The notes beneath the pieces are model-generated. The model was given only the letters and a program-made list of their open reading frames with translations. It made no database searches and was not told where the DNA came from. Positions 1 to 12,361 of a stretch of DNA of 64,000 nt are shown here, in pieces. Position 1 is the first letter of the stretch; each line of letters opens with the position of its first letter. Made by a program: the position numbers and the translations under genes. The DNA is from Blepharisma stoltei ATCC 30299 (Eukaryota; Protista; Ciliophora), in assembly GCA_965603825.1 (NCBI GenBank), contig CBFDEM010000012.1, positions 434,001 to 498,000 of the forward strand, read 5' to 3'.

Positions 1-1106
1 CTTATAGCTTGAGGCTAAAAATTATGGCTTATTTAGCGCATTTATACTCATATCAGAAACAAAACATATTAGATGAGCAAGAAATTTTATCCGCGCTATC
101 TCAACCATTGCAGCGAGATATTTATATCCACACAAGGGGGCATGTTTTAGTAAGAAGCGCTCCATTCCGTGACTTTTCTTATAAATTTTTGAAATATTTA
201 GGCCAGAAGCTTGAAGTTGAGATATTTTCTCCTTGCGATTTAATTTTCAAACAAGACCAGAAAAATCATAATTTGTACCTAGTAAGGCATGGAAGAGTTG
301 AAATTTTTCATCATTCAACTGGGACTATTTATACTGAAATTCATGAAGACAAATACTTCGGCGAGATTGCATTTTTCTTAGGTAGGAAAAGATGTGCATC
401 AGCACGATGTGCTAATTTTTGTGAAGTGTTTTGTTTGAATAGACAAATATTTAAATCAGTATTAATGAAGCTACCAAAGGAAGCTGAGCTAACAAAGATC
501 ATTGTGAATAACTGCCAAGGAAAAGATTTAAGCTACTTGGGGGTAAGGTGCTATTTTTGTCAAGAAATGGGGCATGTGGCAGCGGATTGTTCAGCATTTG
601 TGTATAAAATTAATCATGAAGAAATCATAAAACGGGCAAACCATGCGAAAAATGCCGTAGGTAAGAAAATAGCACACGAAGATATAGACGTTGAAGTGAA
701 AAAGCATGATATTAATATAATGAGCCGGTACGGATTGAATAGTATTTATGGCAAGAAAATTGACCCTCTCTCACAATATAAAGACCGTGACACATTAGCA
801 TGCAAAGCTAGAGGTTTTGTTGCACGCAAAAGACACGGAGAAAGAAAAAGAAAAACTATTCTAGCGTTGCTTGATGATGACACAAATGATATCCCTAATC
901 AAGATTATTATCCAAAGATGCCGAGTAATCTGCAATTTGGCAGAAATTATATGTCCCAAAAGCGAAAAACCCAGCTTTGCCCGTTAAGAGGATCAATTTA
1001 TCAGTCTTCCAGATTTAATTCAGAAGCTGAAGATGTAATAAGTAGAGCTGCTTCAGATGCTAATGAAACATTAAATTTAACTTATTTTGAAGCTAGCCCA
1101 GTTTAA
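1..1106 (+). CDS. 3' part of a cyclic-nucleotide-binding-domain ion channel with CCHC zinc knuckle (5'-truncated by window)
   Basis: C-linker, cNMP-binding motif YFGEIAFF...RCASARC, then CYFCQEMGHVAADC; ends TAA. Confidence 0.8.
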   Translation, partial: YSLRLKIMAYLAHLYSYQKQNILDEQEILSALSQPLQRDIYIHTRGHVLVRSAPFRDFSYKFLKYLGQKLEVEIFSPCDLIFKQDQKNHNLYLVRHGRVEIFHHSTGTIYTEIHEDKYFGEIAFFLGRKRCASARCANFCEVFCLNRQIFKSVLMKLPKEAELTKIIVNNCQGKDLSYLGVRCYFCQEMGHVAADCSAFVYKINHEEIIKRANHAKNAVGKKIAHEDIDVEVKKHDINIMSRYGLNSIYGKKIDPLSQYKDRDTLACKARGFVARKRHGERKRKTILALLDDDTNDIPNQDYYPKMPSNLQFGRNYMSQKRKTQLCPLRGSIYQSSRFNSEAEDVISRAASDANETLNLTYFEASPV

Positions 1107-1315
1107 CAGAAGTATTGATGAATTTTTAAATGTAACACTAATTTTGTTGGATTATTAATTGATTTGAAGCTACTATGAGCAATTATTTCATTAAATTCTT
1201 TTTGAATTTATATACAGTCTCAATCATCTTGCTACAGCATTGGATTTATGTTTATGTTAAAATTAATTATTATTGATTTAATTAAATTAAAGAAAAACTC
1301 CCCTGTTGATATTAA

Positions 1316-2143
1316 ATGTCTGATACCTGCAGAGTTTGTTTTGAAGAAGATAATCTCAACAATTTTATTATTCCTTGTAGATGTAAAGGAAGTCAAAAAT
1401 ACATTCATCCCAATTGTTTATATCAATGGCAAAATACAACAATAAAACGCTATATAAAATCTCCTGAAAGATACAATAAATTCCAAATTTTATATTGTCC
1501 TGAGTGCAGAACTAAATATAAATATTTTTCAGATAATCCCAACTGAAATATTTTTGATAAAAATCATCTTAAAGCGAAAAATTCCTTTTCAGTGAACTGA
1601 TATTGAGCTATCATTTTCTTTACTTTTTGGTGTTTGCTTTTGGCAATATGATGCAAAGGGATTAAACCAATATTTTATATTGCAGAAGGTGGGATTAAGA
1701 TAGGCTTTATTAGAGTTGGGGAGCCTGTGCCTGGATTACATGCTGGGATTATTTTGAAAGCAACTTCAGCTATGTCGCATGGAATTTTTTATAAATCACA
1801 AATTTTAATAACGAAATACAGTGCAAGTGATGGTGCCATGGGATTTATTCTTAATAAACCGAAAAAAGAGTCCTTTCCTGAGAAGTTTTATATAGGAGGC
1901 CCTGTACAACCTGATTCTATTTATATGCTGCATAACAATCCTGATATTGAAGAATGTGAGATGGTGAGTGAAGGAATCTACTTTGGAGGAAAAGTAATTT
2001 CGAAATCTAGCGATATGAAACTCAAAATGTTTTTTGGGTATTCAGGATGGAGTCCATTACAGCTTGATGGAGAAATAAGAGCAGGAGTTTGGAAAATTGT
2101 TGGAAATGTAACCTCTGAAGATTTATTTAACGAATTTTCTTAA
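1316..2143 (+). CDS. RING-CH (RINGv) + transmembrane segment + DUF179/YqgE-AlgH-like fusion, 275 aa
   Basis: ORFs 1316 and 1727 are in frame and joined across four TGA. Motifs CRVC..PCRCKGS..IHPNCL..W..CPEC, hydrophobic WYWAIIFFTFWCLLLAIW, GFILNKP, GGPV, GYSGWSPLQLDGEI. Confidence 0.8.
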
Positions 2144-2649
2144 AAGCCTAAATTAGTGTGGAGTTTAATTGCCAAAATAAGAGTTGCTTATAATTAATTC
2201 TTTATATACAAGGCATAGGCTTGAATAAAGTTATGTAAGTTTCTTATATTTGAAAGAAGACAAAACGAAAGAATAAGGTTTAAACTTCTTTACTTTTAGA
2301 ACTCGTTTTATAGTGATATAGATATATAATTACAATATGCAAGCCAAATTAAGAAATGATTAATTTATCAATTCATGCTCAAATTCTAAGAAGATTGTAT
2401 AAAAATTCGAGCGCCTTCAGCACACAGTAAATTGCATTTGCAGACTCGCAATATTTCTCATATAACTTGTTTTGTGCTTCATTTTTAACTAAGAAATCCA
2501 CCTATCCTTCTCCACTTTTAAGGTATTGCCATCCTTCTCTTATTTTTGCTTTTTTCTCCACAATTTTCACTTTTTAATCCAAACTTCTATCAACTTGCCT
2601 ACTTTTCCTTTAATCCTTCATTCTCATATAATATTTCGGGTGGCTAAAA

Positions 2650-3244
2650 ATGGGCAAGAACTATAGGAACTGTAAGAGTTATCTTAGATGGAAAGACAGC
2701 AAAATCTCCTAAACGTCCATTTGAGAAGGAACGTCTTGATCAAGAGCTCATGCTTCTTGGCCAATACGGGCTAAGGAACAAACGAGAGGTTTGGAGAGTC
2801 CAACTTACCCTCGCCAAGATCCGTAAAGCTGCAAGAGAGCTTTTGACATTAGAAGAGACCGCTCCTAGAAGAATTTTCGAAGGAAACGCTCTTATCCGCA
2901 GAATGGTCCGTTTAGGTCTCTTGAACGAGAACGAAAAGAAGCTCGATTTTGTCCTTGGATTGACCTTACAAAAATTCTTAGAGAGAAGGCTTCAAACCAA
3001 AGTATTCAAGAAGAATATGGCAAGAAGCATCCACCACGCCAGAGTCCTCATAAGACAAAGACACATCAGAGTTGGAAGACAAATTGTCAATGTCCCTAGC
3101 TTCAATGTTAGAGTTGACAGCGAGAAATATATTGAATTCGACCCGAACTCATCACTCAGCAATGGAAAGGCAGGAAGAGTTAAGAGGAGAAACATCGCAA
3201 AGAAAGCAAAGAAGACTGAAGCTGAAGGGGAAGATGAAGATTAA
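2650..3244 (+). CDS. RPS9: 40S ribosomal protein S9 (uS4), one intron 2672-2687
   Basis: Spliced N-terminus [44 protein letters not shown]; ERRLQT and [14 protein letters not shown] motifs. Confidence 0.97.
2672..2687 (+). other. 16-nt spliceosomal intron
   Basis: GTAAGAGTTATCTTAG; removal joins ATG 2650 to the conserved RPS9 frame. Confidence 0.9.
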
Positions 3245-3864
3245 ATAATCCTTTTTAGACAAGTTGTGTGGTAAATTTAGTTAAACAAATAAAAATAGAG
3301 AGCAAGTCAATTAAGAATTTTAGCTTAAAAGAAATAAATTTAGGAGTGATTGTTGGGGTAAAAAATTATGTTAATAAAAGATATAAAAAAATTAATAAAA
3401 AAGTATCTCAATTTATAACTTTCTACTGAAAATAAATGAATTGTGATAAAACATTTTGTTATAACCAAATTGCATACTATGTTTAATTATATGAATCTAT
3501 AATATCATAAAATTCAACACACAAAAGATATTTTTATAATTCTTTCGAATTCTTAATCCCATTATTTTTTATTAATATTAATGCTTTTATTAACTACTCA
3601 AATGTTTTTTTATTTCTGCTTCGATAATATCTCAACTGCATCTATCTAAACTCTTGTAAGAATAATTATAAAAAGCCTCAGTTCATAAACTTTAAATAAT
3701 AAGCAGATTCTTAATCCATAATTGGAGAATATTTATAAGACTCAATCTAATTATCAACAGCATGATTTTTCACCAAAAGCAAATCAAAATTAATCATTTA
3801 AAAACTTGCACTTCTTACTGACATAATAAATTTCAATTGCTTTTGATTATTAGCTCTTAAATAT

Positions 3865-4587
3865 ATGGCTTATAAATCATATAAATCTATGTCAAAAACT
3901 CAATCTTTCATAGCATCTTTCCTATGCGGCAAAAAGAAGCAGCCAAAAGTTAAAAAACACGACGAAATACAGCAGCCTAATTCTTTATGTACATTTCATG
4001 AATTCATTACTTCAAATATCAATGTCGAAACACAGACGCCAGCCAACTTCGATAATACTCTCAAATCAAGCTTTTCCTTACCGCAGCTGAGCAATACCTG
4101 CAGCTCTCCCACAAATAGAAAATCTACTATTGCAGTTAAAAAGTCTTCAGGAGGCTTTTTTCCTCAACTAAACAAGCAAAAATATGAGACTATAAGGTCT
4201 GATTGGTCTACATCGTCAAGCAATAATTGGCTGAATTCTTTTGAGTTTACTGGTGAACCAGTGATGTCGAACAACACATTTTCAGAACTATTTAAGAGCA
4301 ATAAAGAGCCTATAACATGGAGCAAAAAGTATAGCCAAGAAACTCCCAGCAATAAATTTAATGACCCATTTATCTCAAGTGATGAGAAAAAAATGCCAAA
4401 AATTATCCCTATAACGCCAAGGCAGATAAATAGAGCAAGACCTTTTGTTAGAAATATTCAATTAAAAAAGGAAATAAATAAATCCAATTCTATGCCAGCA
4501 GTTGCTCAAGAGAAAAGCAGGCTACAATTGAATTTAATTGTAGATGTTTATGAAGGAGAAAGTTCAAATAGTTTAGTTAACCTATAA
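3865..4587 (+). CDS. hypothetical Ser/Lys-rich protein, 240 aa
   Basis: Long ORF flanked by very AT-rich intergenic DNA; no recognised domain. Confidence 0.65.
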   Translation: MAYKSYKSMSKTQSFIASFLCGKKKQPKVKKHDEIQQPNSLCTFHEFITSNINVETQTPANFDNTLKSSFSLPQLSNTCSSPTNRKSTIAVKKSSGGFFPQLNKQKYETIRSDWSTSSSNNWLNSFEFTGEPVMSNNTFSELFKSNKEPITWSKKYSQETPSNKFNDPFISSDEKKMPKIIPITPRQINRARPFVRNIQLKKEINKSNSMPAVAQEKSRLQLNLIVDVYEGESSNSLVNL

Positions 4588-5093
4588 ATGAATTGTAATT
4601 TAATTATTCTCATGAGATTAAGATAATATAAGTTTCTAAATAAGTTTAATAGAAATAATAAAGATGATTAAATAATTCTGCAATCTTTTATTCATACAAA
4701 GCTAATGTTTTACCTTTCTTTAATATTATTTTTCTCCTTCTAAAAATGGAGCAATAATATCATGCTGGTAAAATGTGCACACAAGATGACATGAGCTTAA
4801 TTAAGAGACAATACTATTTTTTTATAAATTTTGAATAATCATTTTTATATATTAAATACTTATGATTGCCAAAATATTAACTAGTCTTAATTGCTCTTTA
4901 TAAAGCAAATATAAAATTATGATTTAGAAATTATATTTGTTAATCTAAGAGAAATCTCTATAGTGATTTTACTCTGGATCCTAAATTAGTTACTTTCCAA
5001 GAGATTTTTATTTATGTCTTTAACATAAAAAGAAGTCAGATATGCCATTTAAGTGTTTTATATATAAAATTGATAAATTGTCCATTTTTTAAT

Positions 5094-8000
5094 TTAGTCT
5101 AAAGATGCTCTATTAGCTCCTAGTAATGGTGCTTGTAATAAATAAATCATACTCTGAAGCTCTGTCAGCTTATTTTTTTCTTCTTTCAAATACGGAAAAT
5201 AATAAAGCAAGCACGCTCCAGCGCAAAAAATCATATACATAATAGAAACAAATGTAATCATTGCAAGCTGAGCATTTATTTTTTCTTTTGAGTCTGCATC
5301 GATTCCATCAATCACATCTCCTTCAAGTGCTAATAAATTCATTAAAGAATAGTGCAAGTCGCTTATATTTCCATCAGAAAACGCAACATTTAGTGAGTCC
5401 AGAATTGCCATATTATATGCAGAATATGAGCCATAAGTCGAAGAATTGTAATCTTGACTGCCGATTTGACGATATATAAATTCTTTAAGTTTATTTGAGA
5501 GCAGATTTTGATATTTTTGCTGCATAAATTGATGGTTTGAAAAGAACATTCTTTTCAAGAGACTCTCGTATTCTGTTTCAATGTCCGAAAAACGATAGGA
5601 TTCAGGAAATAAATCTGTGAGCGTCAGATTATTTTTAAGTGAAGGAATTTCCCTTGACCATATATCCAGCTCTAAAATTAACGCTCTTCTATACGTTGCG
5701 ATCTGCAATAAACTTGAACGGTTGTTTAAATATTCTTCACAAGTCTGATATAGCACAAATGTTCTCGTAAATTCAAAGCCAAGAGCAAATAAAAACAAAA
5801 GCGACAGTTTAGTAATAATTAACCAGGGATTATTTGCTTCAATAACTGTATGCTTTCTTACAATGAGCTCATTCGCATACTCAAAAGCTTCATAGCCATG
5901 AGTAATTGACAGTCGGCTTAAGCATTTTTCTCTCAGACCATGTCCAACTAATAAAGTTAATTGTACCATAAAGTCCCAAAGCTCATTATGAATATTACTA
6001 ATTCTGAAAGAAAATGGTATAAGAACAATTATGCCCGTTCCAAGCACCAGGGAGCTTAAAATTAATAGCAGCCTAATCGTTGAGCTTAATTCATTAACTT
6101 TTGATATCTCACAACTCACCAAAGAGGCTAATGAGCTATTTGTAAACTTATAAAAATCCCCAACACCATTCATGACAATATAATACAGATCCTCTTTATG
6201 CGAATTAAAATCATATGCAGAGGCTATATAATTTTTCCCATGGGAAATAAACTTATTAAGTACATCTGTCATTGTATTTGTTTTAAAAATAGGACCATCT
6301 TGTGATAGCTCTCAATTGGGAATGATTTGGTCTGATATTAAATTTTGACTAGAGCATTCAGTCCAGTCTTTTAGCCCTGAAAATAAATCATTATTGACTT
6401 CAATTAAATTTGATATAGTATTATTGACTTCTTTTATATTTTTATCTATCGAGCTTGATCCTGTACGAATAGCCCAGTCACTTAATCTAGCAGAGGAGGC
6501 GAGATCTGCTGTTGAATAGAGCACATTTGCTAAATTTCTTATAGAATTGATAGAGCTCGCACTTGACACTTGGCTTGATGAATAAATCAATTGAGAAATG
6601 CTAGCTATTGTAATTGCTACAACATTCCAAAATAATACCCACTGGAAAATAGTTATCGCAAGAGTTGATTTTTTTACTAGTTCATTTTGAACGCCAGCTC
6701 GTAGCTTTACATGAAATTTTGAAAGGCTGCTCGAGCCAGAAAAAGATTTGCTGTCATTTTTTTCAGATTTTTCTACAGCATTAGTCTTTATTGACTCTAG
6801 AATTTTTTCTGTTAAAATTTGTGTATCATCAAAATTAACTGACTTTTTGTAGTCAGAATATTTTTCACTAAAACTACTATCTGCTTGCTTTAATCTTCTA
6901 TATTCTCCTTGATCATAATCAAGCCCTTTTTCCCATTGCTCTATTTCAATAGGGTCATGGACTACTAAAGCAACATTCATAGTCAAATTTTTGAACTCCT
7001 TAACAGTATGCACAATTGCAACTTTTTTCTGGTTAAGTATAGTCAAAACAGGAACAAATGGCTTTAGAGTAATAAGCATGTAACTTGGGATGAAATCAGT
7101 AATTAACTGGCCTTTTAGGTTTTCTTGAACTGTATCAAACATTGATGCAAAATTCTCACTGTAGTTATGAATTGCACCATCTGCTGACAGAATAGCACAG
7201 CCTCTACTAGTGTTTATTTTTCTTATAGATGCAATAAAATACCGTTCGCCCTTTAGAGCAATAAGTCGACTACGTAGATCGCATTCTACAAGAAAACCTC
7301 TAGGATTTCTCAGCATTAATGAAGAAGGGATATTTACATCTAATGACGTGCATGAGTCAATAAATTTTTGGAGTTTAGCATTATGGCCATTACAATAAGG
7401 ATCTGGAATATATTGAGAAAGCTTTGACCCAGCTAATTCCGTTGCTGATATATTTAATATGCTAGCCATTGTTTCATTGGCATAAATAATTTGCCCGAGT
7501 GTTTCAATCTCTGCAGAAATTCATAAAATTCCATTGGCCTCTGTAAAGAGATTTTGGGAGCGAACTTCATTGATTTTGAGGCCGGGACTAATCCCAGAAA
7601 TTGATCTATCATTTCCTAAAAGATATTTTGTATCGCTATCGCTCATAACATCTCTTAAAAAAGTCCCATAAAGCTCTCTTGAAATAATCATTTTGGGATA
7701 ACTTGATACAATTTCTAAATACCATTTTTTCACCATAGAAACCTGAAATGAAATTGTTTTTGAGAAATTCTGGAGCCTTTTTATGTTAGGTTTTCTCAGC
7801 GTGATTTCTTCTAGAAACCCTAAAACTTGCAAACAAATTTTTTTGTCTTCTGATTTGGCTCTGCTCATTTTCATTAAATACATTAAAAATCCAACATCTT
7901 CAAAAGCATTGGCTTCTTTTATATTTAACAGCTGCTTACACTTTAGCTCTTGAAAAGTGCTTTCCAGATTTGCTGCAAGATGAGAAGTCCTAGCTAATTT

Positions 8001-9242
8001 TATTCGTGCAAGTCTATTATCTTTAAAGGCGTATAAACAATAATAAGCTTCCCATACAGCTAAAAGTTTATTTGTTTTGAAATTGGGATTATTATAGTAA
8101 GGTGAAATTTTATCCACAACTAAGCTGACATATTCATTTCTTGGACTTATAAGTTCTTTTCTTAGCTGCAATTCTAATTGGTATTGATCTACTGGATTAC
8201 TCATATCGAGATTTGCAGAGTGGCGGTTTACCTGATTAGCTACAAGCACCGCTAGTATAGGAATTACTACTCCTTCAAGCAGTAAAATTATTCCAGAGCT
8301 ATCAAGATAAGTGCCAACTGCAAATGCTAGGCCTGTACATGATACAATAAAAAACCTAGCGACTTTAATTTGATTTGCAAATAAGTTATAGTAAGGAAGA
8401 TTTATGTAGTAGACATAAGCTACTATCATAAAAATTACGAAAATAGAAAAAAATCTATAGATAAGCAGATTCTCCTCTAAATAAACATAAATAAATATAT
8501 AAAATTCTATAGCGATGATAGCTAAAACGTCAGGCAATGATCTTGATCTGGCAAGAGAGTTATAGTGAGCATATGCATGCCTAGTTTCAGATGAAAATAA
8601 CTCACCAAGTATTGATAGCCCAATGCAAATAGCCATACAAACAATACTAATTGAAGCTGCAGCTGGGCTTACATCTATAGTGCCAATTTGAATCCCTGCA
8701 TATTGATCAACTGAATTTCCTATTAATGAGAATTTTGTAAACATGGCTAAAATCATTAGCATTGGTATATTGCCTATTGTTACTAAAAATTGCAGTCACT
8801 TTCCTGGGAAAAAGATAAGAAGAGGGTGGATTTTCTTTTCGAAAAAGATCAGCATAGCTATAAAAATTAAGCAAAAAATATTGAGGCCTATAATACCCAC
8901 ACTTGCGTAAAAGCACCATGTCAATCCACCTCCTATTGAAGCACAAATCCTATCAAAGCTGGCATACGCTTGGGCTTTTCAATACCACATGTAAGTGCTT
9001 CAGCCTGAAATGGACATAGTTGGGTACCAGATAAGAGTGACCATTTGCAAGGTTGCAATAGCATTTCATAAGGTGACAGTAAATCGTCTGGTTTCTTTTT
9101 TATCTTGATATCTATATTTATAACTGTATATAGCCACAAAACTCTTGAAGAGGGATCGTTTTATTCGTAAATAAAGCGATTTGGAACTAATTAAATATTG
9201 TTGATTCTCTGATGAAGAGTAAGCTTTATTATCAATCATCAT
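5094..9242 (-). CDS. large multi-pass membrane protein with PAS domain (ciliate TmcB/TmcC-like), 1382 aa
   Basis: ORFs 5094, 6312 and 7521 share one frame, open to ATG 9242 with only TGA interruptions. N-terminal TM block, PAS-like GQIIYANETMASIL..ELAG..LSQYIPDPY..H, C-terminal TMs. Confidence 0.8.
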
Positions 9243-9724
9243 TTATTATCGTATTAGTTATGAAATTAATGGAACTTTATAATGGCGAAGAAATTTCATA
9301 TGAATCAATTTATTTAAAAAATAAACCTTTTTAAAAAGCAGCATTTTGATGAAAGAAAATTAGATTAAAAAATCAGAACCTCATATATGAAAATATGAAA
9401 TTCATCAGAAAATGGGACAAATTTAAATACTTTTATTTTAGGCTAATCATAATAATCAATTATTAATACTAAGTGATAATTATTTTGCATTGTATAAGTT
9501 CTAGAAGCTTTAAAGCTAAAAAATTAATTAACTAACTTTATATCAGATTTAGATTCTTGATTCCAATAAAACTGAAAAAACTAAAATGATTTAATATCTT
9601 TTGAGTATGAATTCTTGGAATTTTTGATTAAAATCATTATGATAGATATTTAATAGCTTCCTCTTTAATACTTAGTCTTTGCAAATCTGCAGCTAATTTT
9701 CAAATTATATAATGAAGAGCTTTA

Positions 9725-9828
9725 TAGCTCAGAGCAGTTTATTGCCCTGAGCTACTAATTAGCGCTCAGAATCGTGGAGCTGGTTTAGAAAATTTGGATC
9801 CGATCCAAATCCCCAAGTTGGAGCTCCA
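9725..9828. repeat. two adjacent inverted-repeat (hairpin) structures
   Basis: TAGCTCAG 9725-9732 pairs with CTGAGCTA 9747-9754; ATTTGGATC-C-GATCCAAAT 9792-9810 is nested in TGGAGCT 9775-9781 / AGCTCCA 9822-9828. Confidence 0.7.
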
Positions 9829-9955
9829 GGACTAGCAATAAGTCGCTCTCTAGGTTATAATTTGTTCTCATGATATAAAAGCTTTTAATACTTGAGAATC
9901 AGAGGGTTGAGCTGAAAAAAATAATGCATTTTTTCCTGGCTTTTTACAGGCAAAG

Positions 9956-10003
9956 ATAATTAAGGGTTTGCATTTTCATAGTCAAAAAATAATTAAGGGT
10001 TTG
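9956..10003. repeat. 15-bp direct repeat ATAATTAAGGGTTTG x2
   Basis: Exact copies at 9956-9970 and 9989-10003. Confidence 0.75.
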
Positions 10004-12361
10004 TTTCAGGTTTTTTTCTAGGTAAACACCAACGGTTTTCATAAAAAGTATCCATGAAAAACCTGCAGTAATTTTCCAGAAAAAACCATTTTTTTTAAAA
10101 TAGTAGTTATAGTGGCCTTATGGGGCTCTTCATGGGAAAAACCCATATTTTATTAGGATTTAATTATTATAGCTAAGGATTTAGCCTTATCAATCTTAAT
10201 ATAAAGGCTTGCCTACCTTGATTCTACACTTTAAAATGCAAATCAACTGAAGAAAGAAATCGCATTATTTAACCATCCAAAATTGTATTAAAAACTTCGC
10301 TAAAAATTGGCAAATTCATATATTAGCAATAAATAAGGCGCCCTAAATGAATAATAATTTAAGATTTAGACTTTTCTATCAAATTCATCTTAATTAAAAA
10401 TGCAGATCTAACTTTATGGATATATGTGTTGAAAATATTGAATCAAAATAAAACCACCGTTTTTTTTATATCTTTTAGCATAAAAAATTCATCACATGCA
10501 TTTATCATTGTTTTTATGAGTTATAGGCATGCCACAAATCAATCCGAATATATTTATTATAATAGTATAAATTTTGAATTATTACCTGCATATAAAAATT
10601 TATTTATTTCTAATATATTAATTTTTCAAGATTTAGAGAAGTTTTCATGTGGATTTTAGATAGAGAAAATTTAATGGTCAAAAAATATACTGCTTCTATT
10701 TAATGTGATTTCTTTCATCATTTGGATAAATATTTTTAGTAAGAATCAAGATTTAATATTAAGTTCTTTGGGAAATATCCAGTTGCAATAATAAATCCCG
10801 ATAAAATATTTTGGAAAATCGAATAAAAATTGCTGCTTAGACTTTTTTATTTAAACTTTTAGAAAGTCGCTTGAGTTTTTCCTGGAAAAAGCCAGAAACA
10901 AGCATTCAGTCATTTTCGATATAAATAGCCCTCAGGTTTTTTTTCTCACAACCTGAGAATAGGCCTATAAATCAAATTATAATTACAGACCATAGTTGTG
11001 CATTTTCAAAATTATAATTAAAGTTTCGAGAGTTTATAACTAAGCAGAAACGATTTATTTTGTTTATTATTGACTATTACTTGGAATTATTGCATCTGCT
11101 CTTGAATTACATCTAATTATTATTAGTTCTTTTATTTATATTTTTAATTTTAAATAATAATTTATATTAAATTCATTAAATTAATAAATTTAGCCGATAA
11201 TGTTTAATTAATCCAAATATATATGCTCATATGGACTGCATTAAAGCATCAAAATAAATAAATTAGTTTAAATTGGAGCTAATTTGCAATTTTGAGCAAT
11301 TAAAATAATTTTGGCTTCTCATAAAATTACTAATACAAAACAAAAAGTTTAATAAAATATCCCACAAAAAAGCAAATCCTCTAATTATATTAAATATTGA
11401 ATGATTCACAATATTAATTAAATTTTTATTCTTAATTTATGATAAATATTAAATTTTTATCAGAGTACTATTTGGATTAATTATCAATCTGCTTGATCAT
11501 TAATTGCTCAAAAATAGCGATTTCTATGAAAATTCCATAATTTTTTCAAATTTGATAGGCATTTTTTCTAATGTTTGCTGAGCACTTCCCCAAGAATTTA
11601 TTTATGCAGCCTCAATCCTCGAATTAGTTAGCGTTAGGAATGAGAATACGCCTTACTCAAAAGAGAACTTGGATTGGATTAGATTTAGCTATTTAGGAGG
11701 TACTTTTAAGCATTTTAGAGCATAAAAAGAATTGATCAGTCTAAAATTCTTGTTGCAATATTTATTCAAATTTAATGTGCTTGTAGAAAGCATAGAGAAT
11801 CTGAGCACAAATATCTTCTTTAGCCTCTAATAAAGCCATAGTGCTTATTGAAACTGGAGGTGGAATTGAGAAAAGAAATAATCAAATTGAAATAGAGCAT
11901 TTTTATAATTAGTGCATAAAACGGAAGCTACTAAGAGAATAGATATATCTGCTTAGCTCTAAGAAAATTATGTTCTCTAAACACATTTAATTTTTATATT
12001 TGCTGGCTGTTGAAAATTTTAAATTTAATTCCATCATTAAATACTCTTTAATTAAATTTAACTAAAACATTCTTTTTATGAATGATCAGCTACAAGACTT
12101 TGAATCAAAATCAAATTTATAAGAATTTCGTTTATAGAATAGTCTAATTGTTCCCGATTTATAATTAAAGCTTTAAAAGCTCTAAAAGAGTTAATTTGCC
12201 TCTTATAACGCATTTCGATTTTAATGAAATTAACTAAAACAATTTTTGAGTCAGTCAAATAAAATGGTTAATAATGAAACTAAATTATCAATATTTTCTG
12301 TAATCCTTAATCGCTAATTTATGCACAGGTAAAATTCAGCTAAAGTTAAAATGTTTATCGA

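Noticed and set aside
9725-9760. TAGCTCAG as a tRNA A-box
   Set aside because: No cloverleaf, T-loop or B-box; it is one arm of a simple hairpin.
9961-10003. TAAGGGTTTG as telomeric repeat or CRISPR repeat
   Set aside because: Only two non-tandem copies; does not match the CCCTAACA-type heterotrich telomere; no cas genes.
10426-12258. Track ORFs 10426-10659 and 12076-12258
   Set aside because: TTG starts, AT-driven Ile/Phe/Asn/Lys composition, no motifs.
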